A stretch of 64,000 bases of DNA from an uncultured Acidobacteriota bacterium (GTDB taxonomy: Bacteria; Acidobacteriota; UBA6911), in contig CAWHCF010000042.1 of NCBI GenBank assembly GCA_963827655.1, forward strand, positions 1 to 64,000. The letters are read 5' to 3'. The position numbers were made by a program, and so were the translations under genes. The notes below the pieces were generated by a model that had not been told where the DNA came from, did not search any database, and saw only the letters and a list, made by a program, of their open reading frames with translations. Below, one piece after another: positions 43,238 through 53,141 of the stretch; positions within the stretch are counted from its first letter, which is position 1; each line of letters opens with the position of its first letter.

Positions 43238-46200
43238 TCGCCGAGAGCATTGAGAAACTGTCGAACGTCCACTCGTCCGAGAACCCTTTCCCCGGACTGC
43301 GTCCGTTCGAGCTTCACGAGAGCCATCTATTTTTCGGGCGCGAGGGGCAGAGCGAAAAGCTGCTGGCTAAACTCGAGGCCACGCGCTTCCTGGCAGTCGT
43401 CGGCACGTCGGGGAGCGGCAAATCGTCGCTCGTGCGCGCGGGGCTCGTGCCCGCGTTGTTGGGCGGGATGATGGTCAGCGCCGGATCTAACTGGCGCGTC
43501 GCCCTGCTGCGCCCGAGCAATGATCCGATCGGCAATCTGGCGCGGGCGCTTGAGCTCGCCCGAGGTCTTCGGCTCGGACATTTCGGAGAATGCGGAGAGC
43601 CAGGCACGGGTCGCTGAAGCGACGCTGCGGCGCGGCAATCTCGGGCTGGTCGAGGCCGTGCGGCTGGCATTGCAGACCGCGGACGAGAATCTGCTGGTGG
43701 TCGTCGATCAGTTCGAGGAATTGTTCAGGTTCGCGCGCGAGGCCGAGAGTACGCGCTACGAAAACGACGCGGCGGCTTTCGTTAAACTGCTGCTCGAACC
43801 CTCGCGCCAATACCAGTTGGAGCAGGAAGAACTGCGCCGGAAATTACAGTCCATCGAAGGCTTACTTCGGCACCAGAAGCTGAGTCACGAAGAAGCTCGT
43901 CGAGAGGAAGCTTCAGTCCGGGAAGAAGCCCGCAAGCGTGACGCTGAGAATTTACGTCGTGCTGACGATGCGGTCGGATTTTCTGGGCGATTGCGCGAAG
44001 TTCTGGGATTTGCCCGAAGCCGTCAACGAGAGCCAGTACCTGATCCCGCGCCTGACCCGCCATCAACTGCGCGAGGCTATCGCCGGCCCGGTCGCCGTCG
44101 GCGGCGGCCAGATCGCGCCCCGCTTAGTCAATCAATTGCTCAATGATATAGGCGATAACCAGGATCAGTTACCCGTGCTGCAACACGCGCTGATGCGGAC
44201 GTGGGGCGAATGCAAGCAACGGAAGCACGACCACGTAGCCGCACCCGGTGAAATTGATGTGTGCTGTTACGAAGCAATCGGCGGGATGAAGGAGGGGCTC
44301 TCCCGCCACGCCGGCGAAGCTTACAGCGAACTCGACGCGGCGTCATCAGAAGATCGCCGAAAGGATGTTCAAAGCTTTGACCGAGAGGGGTGAGGACAAC
44401 CGCGAAATTCGTCGCCCGGCGACACTTGGCGCGCTCGCCGCCATCGCGGATGCCGGCGAGGACGAGGTCAAAACAGTTATCGAAAAGTTTCGCCAACCGG
44501 GCCGGTCGTTCCTGATGCCGCCCGCCGGGACGCCGCTGCATTCTGACACCTTGATTGACATCTCGCACGAAAGCCTGATCCGCGTGTGGAAAATATTGCA
44601 GCAGTGGGTTAATGAAGAGGCCGAATCGGCGACCATCTACCGCCGGTTGGCTGAAACCGCGGCGCTGCACGGCAAAGGCGAAGCCGAACTGTTGGGCAAG
44701 CTCGATCTGAAGCCGGTGTTGAAATGGCGGAAGAAGAACGAGCCGAACCCGCATTGGGCCGCGCGATACGAATCCGGCCTGCGCTACAAATCGGACCTGC
44801 CGGCGGCGCTGGCCTTTCTCGAAGCGAGCAAAAAGAACCGCGCGGACGAGATTGCCGAGCGCCGGCGGAGCAGGAGGGAGAAGGCGGAGCAAGGCCAGCG
44901 CCAGTTGGCGCAGGCGCAGGCCCTGGCCGAAGCACAGTCTCAGGCGGCGGACGCCGAACGGCAAAAGGCAGAAGAGCAGACTAAAGCGGCAAGCCGATTA
45001 CGGCGCTTCCTGGCGGCATTGGTCGTTGCGGCTTTGTTGGCGCTCGTGGCTGCGGGCCTCGCTCTCTCGGCGTACCGCCGCGCCAATGCAGAAAAAGCCA
45101 ACGCGAACAGACAAAAGGAGATTGCCGAAAACAGAAGAGAGGCCGAGCAGCCAAAGGGATGCACTTGATCAAAAGACCATAGCCGAGGAGAAAGACAAAA
45201 GCCGAAGACGAGAGAGGCTGAAAGCACGCGACGCGCGGCAACAAACTGAGGCAGCGAACAACGCAACTAGAGAAACGGAACGGCAAAAGCAACTGGCTGA
45301 TAGCACAGCCTACATCGCAAATATGAATCTTTCTCGGTCTGAGTTCGAAAGAGGCAATCATCAAAGGGGGTTTGAGTTACTTGACGCATATCTGCCTGCA
45401 ACCAACGCAGCGCAAGATCAGAGTGGTTTGCGGAGCTTCTATTGGTATTACCTCTGGCGACAAAACAATAGGGATTACACGCTCACCGGGCATGGGGACT
45501 TCTGTCTTGTCAGTGGCGTTCGCGCCGGACGGGCGGACGCTGGCCAGTGCGAGTGGGGACAAGTCGGTGAAGCTGTGGGACGTGCAGAGCCGCAAGGAAG
45601 TGGCCACGCTCACCGGGCATGGGGCTGTTGTCATGTCAGTGGCGTTCGCGCCGGACGGGCGGACGCTGGCCAGTGCGCAGTGGGGACAAGTCGGTGAAGC
45701 TGTGGGACGTGCAGAGCCGCAAGGAAGTGGCCACGCTCACCGGGCATGGGAGCTTCTGTCAGGTCAGTGGCGTTCGCGCCGGACGGGCGGACGCTGGCCA
45801 GTGCGAGTGAGGACAAGTCGGTGAAGCTGTGGGACGTGCAGAGCCGCAAGGAAGCTGGCCACGCTCACCGGGCACGGGGCTGCTGTCAGGTCAGTGGCGT
45901 TCGCGCCGGACGGGCGGACGCTGGCCAGTGCGAGTTAGGACAAGTCGGTGAAGCTGTGGGACGTGCAGAGCCGCAAGGAAGTGGCCACGCTCACCGGGCA
46001 TGGGGCTTATGTCTATGTCAGTGGCGTTCGCGCCGGACGGGCGGACGCTGGCCAGTGCGAGTGCGGACAAGTCGGTGAAGCTGTGGGACGTGCAGAGCCG
46101 CAAGGAAGTGGCCACGCTCACCGGGCATGGGAATGCTGTCTGGTCAGTGGCGTTCGCGCCGGACGGGCGGACGCTGGCCAGTGCGAGTGGGGACAAGTCG

Positions 46201-47274
46201 GTGAAGCTGTGGGACGTGCAGAGCCGCAAGGAAGCTGGCCACGCTCACCGGGCATGCGGACTCATGTCTGGTCAGTGGCGTTCGCGCCGGACGGGCGGAC
46301 GCTGGCCAGTGCGAGTGGGGACAAGTCGGTGAAGCTGTGGGACGTGCAGAGCCGCAAGGAAGCTGGCCACGCTCACCGGGCATGGGGATGATGTCTGGTC
46401 AGTGGCGTTCGCGCCGGACGGGCGGACGCTGGCCAGTGCGAGTGCGGACAAGTCGGTGAAGCTGTGGGACGTGCAGAGCCGCAAGGAAGCTGGCCACGCT
46501 CACCGGGCATGGGGATGCTGTCTGGTCAGTGGCGTTCGCGCCGGACGGGCGGACGCTGGCCAGTGCGAGTGAGGACAAGTCGGTGAAGCTGTGGGACGTG
46601 CAGAGCCGCAAGGAAGCTGGCCACGCTCACCGGGCACGGGGATGATGTCATGGTCAGTGGCGTTCGCGCCGGACGGGCGGACGCTGGCCAGTGCGAGTGA
46701 TGACAAGTCGGTGAAGCTGTGGGACGTGCAGAGCCGCAAGGAAGTGGCCACGCTCACCGGGCACGGGGATTATGTCAGGTCAGTGGCGTTCGCGCCGGAC
46801 GGGCGGACGCTGGCCAGTGCGAGTGCTGACAAGTCGGTGAAGCTGTGGGACGTGCAGAGCCGCAAGGAAGCTGGCCACGCTCACCGGGCATGGGGATTCT
46901 GTCTGGTCAGTGGCGTTCGCGCCGGACGGGCGGACGCTGGCCAGTGCGAGTGAGGACAAGTCGGTGAAGCTGTGGGACGTGCAGAGCCGCAAGGAAGTGG
47001 CCACGCTCACCGGGCACGGGAGTGCTGTCAGGTCAGTGGCGTTCGCGCCGGACGGGCGGACGCTGGCCAGTGCGAGTGATGACAAGTCGGTGAAGCTGTG
47101 GGACGTGCAGAGCCGCAAGGAAGTGGCCACGCTCACCGGGCATGGGGCTCTGTCTTGTCAGTGGCGTTCGCGCCGGACGGGCGGACGCTGGCCAGTGCGA
47201 GTGCTGACAAGTCGGTGAAGCTGTGGGATGGAGCTACAGACAAAGACATTGAGGACTATAAACCGAGGAAATGA
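43234..47274 (+). CDS. nSTAND1 NTPase-TM-14xWD40 NLR-like receptor; many frameshifts in this sequence
   Basis: NPFPGLRPF...[54 protein letters not shown]; hydrophobic helix at ~45005-45075; WD40 array; ends [17 protein letters not shown]. Confidence 0.85.
45479..47229 (+). repeat. 14 tandem ~126-bp near-identical WD40-coding repeats
   Basis: Units start at about 45479, 45606, 45733, 45861, 45987, 46114, 46241, 46369, 46496, 46623, 46750, 46877, 47003 and 47129; consensus [42 protein letters not shown]. Confidence 0.97.
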
Positions 47275-47439
47275 GGCAAAAAGAGTCAGGAGTGGGCGCG
47301 GCCTTGGCAATGATCTACTGCGCTTTCATCCCACGTCCTTACCAAAAACTCCATGTGTCTCCCAGGATTCCTTTCAGCTCGCGGGCGCAGTTCTGGGATA
47401 TGTGGCTGGTGGTGCGGGACGCCGGGGCAATGCACAAGC

Positions 47440-47810
47440 GATGGCCGCGAGTGTTCACGAGGGCATTTCGTGAACAGTGTAGTGGGCCGACTACCCCACC
47501 AGGAAATCCATGTGATTCTGGATAACCTGAGCACCTGCAAACCCAAGGAAAACAGCTGGCTCTCTCGGCACACAAGAATGTTCATCTCCACTACACACCG
47601 ATCCACGCTTCCTGGCTCCGCCAGGTGGAGATTTGATTTAGCATCTTGAGTGGCCGCGCCCTTAGAGGAGCAAGCTTTATTCCACCTCGCCAAGTCCGGG
47701 AACCCATCGATCGATATGTCGAAGTCCACAACCAAGAGGCTACACCTTTTGAATGGCGTAAGAGATTGTTCATCAGAACCCACTCGCATAAATACTCTAG
47801 CGTTACTCAG
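47440..47810 (+). pseudogene. IS630-family transposase C-terminal remnant
   Basis: EIHVILDNLST.K...WL..H and LSGRALRGASF...I.RY...HN....PFEW, across frameshifts. Confidence 0.7.
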
Positions 47811-47833
47811 GTACTGGCCGTGTCCTCGAGAGA

Positions 47834-47984
47834 ATGCTCTTCGGTGTTACGGTGTTGCGCCCTCCGACACCCTCGCGTTTGCCAGTACGGCACTGGTTCT
47901 CGTTGCGGCAGCCATTGTCGCGAGTCTCATCCAAGCGTGGCCGCCGCCCGCGTCGATCGGGTCACTGCACTGCGCCTGGCGTGA
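47834..47984 (+). pseudogene. C-terminal remnant of a MacB/FtsX-type ABC permease
   Basis: YGVAPSDTLAF...ASLI..W and AARVD.VTALR, split over frames. Confidence 0.6.
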
Positions 47985-48383
47985 GGGCCCTCAAGGCTCG
48001 CTGGCCTGTTGCCTGACCCGAGTAAGGCTCAGCGCCAAAACCTGTTTCGCGGTTTCAGTAGGCACGCCAGGCTTCCTCAATGGCCTCGATAGATCGCAAG
48101 TAGCGCCGCAGGGTTTACTAATCGCAGTTCACTTGGACGTAGTAGGCGGCTTACCGGACAAGTGGCGATTCACGTGGTGGTCCCTTCTGACCCGCCCCTG
48201 CGGTTTGGACGATTTCCAGAACTTGAGTTTAAGTAGCTCGATAGATGCACGCTGAATAGGGTCGCGGAAGGTGGAAAGGCGAATGAATATGCCGGACGCA
48301 ATACTCCGGGTATCCGGGCGGCTCGCGCGGAACAGTTGAAACGCGGCGCCGGAGGTGCTACAAGTGGGTTTGTGAAAAACGGC

Positions 48384-51300
48384 ATGAGGTCCCGCGCGGC
48401 ACTCCACCTACTTACGGCCGGCCTCGTCTGGCTATCCTGGACCGGCTTCGGCCGCGCACTCGCTCCGGCGCAGAGTCCCGGTCAGGAGGTCAAGTTCAAC
48501 CGGGACATCCGGCCCATCCTCTCCGACACCTGCTTCCCCTGCCATGGTCCAGATAAGTCGAAACGAATAACGGAACTGCGCTTCGACACCGAAGCCGGCG
48601 CGTTTGCCGACCTCGGGAAGTATCGCGCAATTGTTCCCGGCGATCGGGCGAAGAGCGAGATGTTCCGGCGCATCAGCGCAGAGGACGATACCGTGCGGAT
48701 GCCACCCGTCCGTTCGGGGCGCCAGTTGACCCGAGCGCAGATCGAGCTGATCGGGCGCTGGATCGACCAGGGGGCGAAGTGGCAAAAACACTGGTCCTTC
48801 ATCCCGCCCGAACGGCCTGAACTTCCTCCGGTGCAGAACAAGAAGTGGGCGCGCAATGAGATCGATTCATTTGTGCTCGAACGACTCGAACGCGAAGGTC
48901 TCGCGCCGTCGGCTGAAGCCGATCCGACTACTCTGATTCGCCGGCTCACCCTGGATTTGACCGGCCTCCCACCCACGCCGTCAGAGGTCGAGGCCTTTCT
49001 TGCTGACGGCTCGAAAGACGCGTATGAGAAAGTGGTCGACCGCCTCTTGCAATCGCCTCGCTACGGCGAACGCATGGCGACGCGCTGGCTCGACGCCGCG
49101 CGCTATGCCGACACCAACGGTTACCAGAGCGACGGCGAACGATTCATGTGGCGCTGGCGCGACTGGGTGATTGATGCGTTCAACCGGAACATGCCTTTTG
49201 ACCGCTTCACCATCGAACAGATTGCCGGCGACATGCTTCCCCAGGCCACTCTCGAACAGAAGATCGCGACCGGCTTCAATCGCAACCACCGGGGAAATGG
49301 CGAGGGGGGCGTGATTCCGGAAGAGTATGCCGTCGAGTACGTGGTCGATCGGGTCGACACGACATTCACGGTCTGGCAGGGGCTCACCATGGGATGCGCC
49401 CGCTGCCACGACCACAAGTATGATCCGATCACCCAGAAGGAGTTCTATCAGGTTTACGCCTTCTTCAACAATATCCCTGAAAAAGGGAAGGCAGTGAAAT
49501 TCGGCAACTCTCCTCCCGTGATCAAGGCTCCCACACCGCAACAGCAGATCAAGCTCACGGAACTCGACCAGAAGCTGGCCGCCGCCCGGAGCGCTTTCAC
49601 CAGGCTCGAGCCGGAGCTGGTTGCGGCACAGACGCGATGGGAGAAGTCGCTTGACGCCAGCCGTCCAATCGATTGGGCTCCCGCTACCGACCTGTCGGCG
49701 CACTATCCCCTGGACGGAGATGCAGTGGATCATTGCCTCGATTCCAAGGGCAAGAAGCCTGGCGAGGGAAAGTTTGAAAACGGCCAACCGGCGTTTGTTC
49801 CCGGCCGAGTCGGGCAGGCCGGGAATTTTGACGGCCAGGGATTCATCAACGCAGGCGATGTAGCCGATTTCGGCTTTTACGACAAGTTCTCGCTCGGCGC
49901 GTGGATCCACCCCACGGGAGAACAGGGTGGCGCGGTACTGTCACGAATGACCGAAACCGACAGAGCCGAGGGATACAGTCTTTACCTGGAAAAGGACAGA
50001 ATCCAGCTGAACCTATCGAAGCGCTGGCTGGACGATTCACTACGCGTCGAGGCCGAGAGCCCATTGGCGCCCAACCGCTGGCATCACGTGATGGCGACCT
50101 ACGATGGCTCACGCGTGGCAACGGGCGTGAAGATCTACGTCAATGGAAAACTCCAGAACCTCAAGATCAACCTCGACGACCTGAACCAGTCGTTCAAGTC
50201 AAAGGAACCGTTTCGGATTGGCTCCCTGGGCGGGACTGACGGCCGTTTCCATGGCTACATCGACGACGTGCGGGTTTACAGCCGGGCCCTCTCGGATGAA
50301 GAAGTCGAAATGATCGCGACATCCGATTCCATCACCGCCATCGCCGCTCTTCCTCGGGATCAGCGGACCAAACGGCAGGCGACGAAGATCCACCGATATT
50401 TTCTGGAAGCGGCCGCACCGGAGGCGATCCGGCAAACGTGGCGCGATTTGGTGGCCGCTCGCGTCGAGCGCGAGCAGTTTTTCGAGACCATTCCCACGAC
50501 CATGGTCATGGAGGAAATGGCAACGCCACGCGAGACCGCGGTCCTGATTCGGGGCGCCTACGATAAACCCGGGCAGAAGGTGACCGCGGGCGTGCCGGTG
50601 AGTTTGGCGCCCCTCCCTGACGGCGTGAAAAACGACCGCCTCGCTCTGGCGCGATGGCTGGCCGATCCCTCGAACCCGCTCACTGCGCGAGTCGCAGTCA
50701 ATCGAAACTGGCAGATGTATTTCGGCACGGGCCTGGTGAAGACTGTCGACGACTTCGGCTCGCAGGGAGAATCGCCCAGCCACCCGGAACTTCTCGACTG
50801 GCTGGCCACGGAGTTCGTCCGGACCGGCTGGGACGTCAAGAAACTACAGAAGACCATCGTCACGAGCGCCACGTACCGCCAGGCTTCAAGGGTAACCCCG
50901 GCGCTGCTCCAGAAGGATCCAGAGAACCGGCTGCTGGCGCGCGGACCGAGGCTGCGTTTGGCGGCTGAGATAATTCGAGATCAGGCGCTGTCCGCGAGCG
51001 GGCTGCTGGTGGAGAAGATCGGCGGGCCCTCGGTCCGGCCTTACCAGCCCGCTGGACTGTGGAAGGAGCTCACCGGAGGTGAAGACTACAAGGCTGACCA
51101 CGGGGAAAACCTGTACCGGCGCAGCCTGTACACCTTCTGGAAGCGGACGATTCCTCCGCCGATGCTGACGACGTTTGACGCGCCGGCGCGCGAAACCTGC
51201 GTCGTGCGCGAGACACGGACGAACACCCCGCTCCAGGCGCTCAGCCTCATGAATGACGTGACGTACGTGGAGGCGGCGCGAGTGCTGGCTCAACGCGTCA

Positions 51301-51569
51301 TGAAAGAGGCTTCGACTCCCGCGGCACGCGTATCGCTCGCGTTCCGCCTGGTCACGGCTCGCCCGCCCCGCGACAGCGAGCTTAAAGTGATGCTCGAAGG
51401 GTTGGAGCATAACCTGGCCCAGTACCGGAGTGATAAAAGTGGGGCGTCAAAGCTGATTCGCGTGGGGGATTCGGCGCCGGACGAAAAGCTCGACCCGAGT
51501 GAACTGGCCGCCTACGCCGCCGTGGCAAGCTTGATCCTGAACCTCGACGAGACGGTCACGAAGGAATAG
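48384..51569 (+). CDS. Planctomycete cytochrome C / DUF1549 / LamG / DUF1553 (PSD1) protein
   Basis: [43 protein letters not shown], LamG insert, [18 protein letters not shown]. Confidence 0.9.
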   Translation: MRSRAALHLLTAGLVWLSWTGFGRALAPAQSPGQEVKFNRDIRPILSDTCFPCHGPDKSKRITELRFDTEAGAFADLGKYRAIVPGDRAKSEMFRRISAEDDTVRMPPVRSGRQLTRAQIELIGRWIDQGAKWQKHWSFIPPERPELPPVQNKKWARNEIDSFVLERLEREGLAPSAEADPTTLIRRLTLDLTGLPPTPSEVEAFLADGSKDAYEKVVDRLLQSPRYGERMATRWLDAARYADTNGYQSDGERFMWRWRDWVIDAFNRNMPFDRFTIEQIAGDMLPQATLEQKIATGFNRNHRGNGEGGVIPEEYAVEYVVDRVDTTFTVWQGLTMGCARCHDHKYDPITQKEFYQVYAFFNNIPEKGKAVKFGNSPPVIKAPTPQQQIKLTELDQKLAAARSAFTRLEPELVAAQTRWEKSLDASRPIDWAPATDLSAHYPLDGDAVDHCLDSKGKKPGEGKFENGQPAFVPGRVGQAGNFDGQGFINAGDVADFGFYDKFSLGAWIHPTGEQGGAVLSRMTETDRAEGYSLYLEKDRIQLNLSKRWLDDSLRVEAESPLAPNRWHHVMATYDGSRVATGVKIYVNGKLQNLKINLDDLNQSFKSKEPFRIGSLGGTDGRFHGYIDDVRVYSRALSDEEVEMIATSDSITAIAALPRDQRTKRQATKIHRYFLEAAAPEAIRQTWRDLVAARVEREQFFETIPTTMVMEEMATPRETAVLIRGAYDKPGQKVTAGVPVSLAPLPDGVKNDRLALARWLADPSNPLTARVAVNRNWQMYFGTGLVKTVDDFGSQGESPSHPELLDWLATEFVRTGWDVKKLQKTIVTSATYRQASRVTPALLQKDPENRLLARGPRLRLAAEIIRDQALSASGLLVEKIGGPSVRPYQPAGLWKELTGGEDYKADHGENLYRRSLYTFWKRTIPPPMLTTFDAPARETCVVRETRTNTPLQALSLMNDVTYVEAARVLAQRVMKEASTPAARVSLAFRLVTARPPRDSELKVMLEGLEHNLAQYRSDKSGASKLIRVGDSAPDEKLDPSELAAYAAVASLILNLDETVTKE

Positions 51570-51585
51570 GCCCGAGGAGCCAAGA

Positions 51586-53058
51586 ATGAGTCCGCTGCTT
51601 GAAAAACGGCTGCTGGTCACACGCCGGCATTTTTTTGGCCTTACCAGCCTCGGTCTTGGCACGGCGGCACTCGCGTCCTTGCTTAACCGGGATCTTCTGG
51701 CGGCACAGGGGCCGGGGACCGGTGACGGTGGAGCGCCGTCCGGCGGTCTTCCCGGGCTGCCCCATTTCGCGCCCAAAGCCAAACGTGTGATTTACCTGTT
51801 CCAGTCGGGCGCGCCGTCGCAAATGGACCTGTTCGACTACAAGGCCAAGCTCAAAGATTTTGCGGCTAAGGAGTTGCCTGACTCTATCAGGATGGGGCAG
51901 CGGTTGACCGGGATGACGGCAACCCAGTCGAGCTTCCCTGTCGCTCCCTCAATTTTCAAGTTCGCCCAGCACGGAGACTCCGGAGCCTGGGTCAGCGACC
52001 TGCTGCCGCATACAGCCCGGATCGTAGACCAGTTGAGCTTCATCAAGTCGATGCACACGGAGGCGATCAACCACGACCCGGCGATTACATTTTTTCAGAC
52101 CGGCGCGCAGCTGGCGGGCCGCCCGAGTATCGGCGCCTGGTTGTCCTACGGGCTTGGGAGCGACACTCATGATCTTCCTGGCTTTGTCGTCATGGTCTCG
52201 CAAGGATCTACTGGCGGAGATCAGCCACTCTACGACCGGCTCTGGGGGAGCGGTTTCCTCCCGACCAAGTATCAGGGGGTGAAGTTTCGATCAGTGGGTG
52301 ATCCGGTGCTCTATTTGTCGAACCCTCCGGGTCTCGGGGAGGGTACCCGGCGGCGAATGCTCGACGATCTGGCGAAAATGAATCAGTTGAAGCTTCAGGA
52401 GTTCGGAGATTCCGAAATTGCAACCCGCATCGCGCAGTACGAAATGGCGTTTCGCATGCAGACGTCAGTTCCGGAACTGACCGACCTGTCGAAGGAACCG
52501 GAGCAAGTCTTCGAACTCTATGGACCCGACTCAAAAAAACCGGGGACCTATGCCGCCAACTGCCTTCTGGCCCGCCGCCTTGCCGAGCGCGGTGTCCGTT
52601 TCATCCAGCTGTTTCATCGCGGTTGGGATCAGCACACGACCCTGCCCAAGGGGATCACGGCTCAGTGCCACGACACCGACCAGGCATCCGCCGCGCTTAT
52701 CCTGGACTTGAAGCAACGAGGCCTGCTCGACGACACGCTGGTTGTCTGGGGAGGGGAGTTTGGCCGAACCGTCTACTGCCAGGGTAAGCTCACGGCTGAC
52801 GATTACGGACGCGACCACCATCCACGCTGCTTCACCGTCTGGATGGCCGGCGGCGGCATCAAACCAGGCCTCAGCTACGGCGAAACCGATGACTACTGTT
52901 ACAACATCGTGCGCGATCCGGTCGACGTGCACGACCTGAATGCCACCATTCTGCATTGCCTGGGAATCGACCACACGAAGCTGACGTTCAAATATCAGGG
53001 ACGTCACCACCGGCTCACCGATGTGGGCGGACACATCGTCGATAAACTCCTGACCTAG
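51586..53058 (+). CDS. DUF1501 protein (Tat-exported)
   Basis: [50 protein letters not shown]. Confidence 0.92.
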   Translation: MSPLLEKRLLVTRRHFFGLTSLGLGTAALASLLNRDLLAAQGPGTGDGGAPSGGLPGLPHFAPKAKRVIYLFQSGAPSQMDLFDYKAKLKDFAAKELPDSIRMGQRLTGMTATQSSFPVAPSIFKFAQHGDSGAWVSDLLPHTARIVDQLSFIKSMHTEAINHDPAITFFQTGAQLAGRPSIGAWLSYGLGSDTHDLPGFVVMVSQGSTGGDQPLYDRLWGSGFLPTKYQGVKFRSVGDPVLYLSNPPGLGEGTRRRMLDDLAKMNQLKLQEFGDSEIATRIAQYEMAFRMQTSVPELTDLSKEPEQVFELYGPDSKKPGTYAANCLLARRLAERGVRFIQLFHRGWDQHTTLPKGITAQCHDTDQASAALILDLKQRGLLDDTLVVWGGEFGRTVYCQGKLTADDYGRDHHPRCFTVWMAGGGIKPGLSYGETDDYCYNIVRDPVDVHDLNATILHCLGIDHTKLTFKYQGRHHRLTDVGGHIVDKLLT

Positions 53059-53141
53059 CGCGTTTCTTATCTTGGAGTACTAGTGGCTTAGTGTGAGCGC
53101 GAACAAGAACTAACCTCCAAGACGCGAAGGCCCGAAGCAAG

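Noticed and set aside
45479-47229. CRISPR array (constant repeats with short variable segments)
   Set aside because: The unit is ~126 bp and codes for a WD40 blade. The variable parts are single codons rather than spacers, and no cas genes are present.
45479-47229. Diversity-generating retroelement (NNT/NNG codons resemble adenine mutagenesis of AAT/AAG)
   Set aside because: No reverse transcriptase or separate template repeat is in the window, and the many other adenines in the unit are invariant. A trans-acting element elsewhere cannot be excluded.
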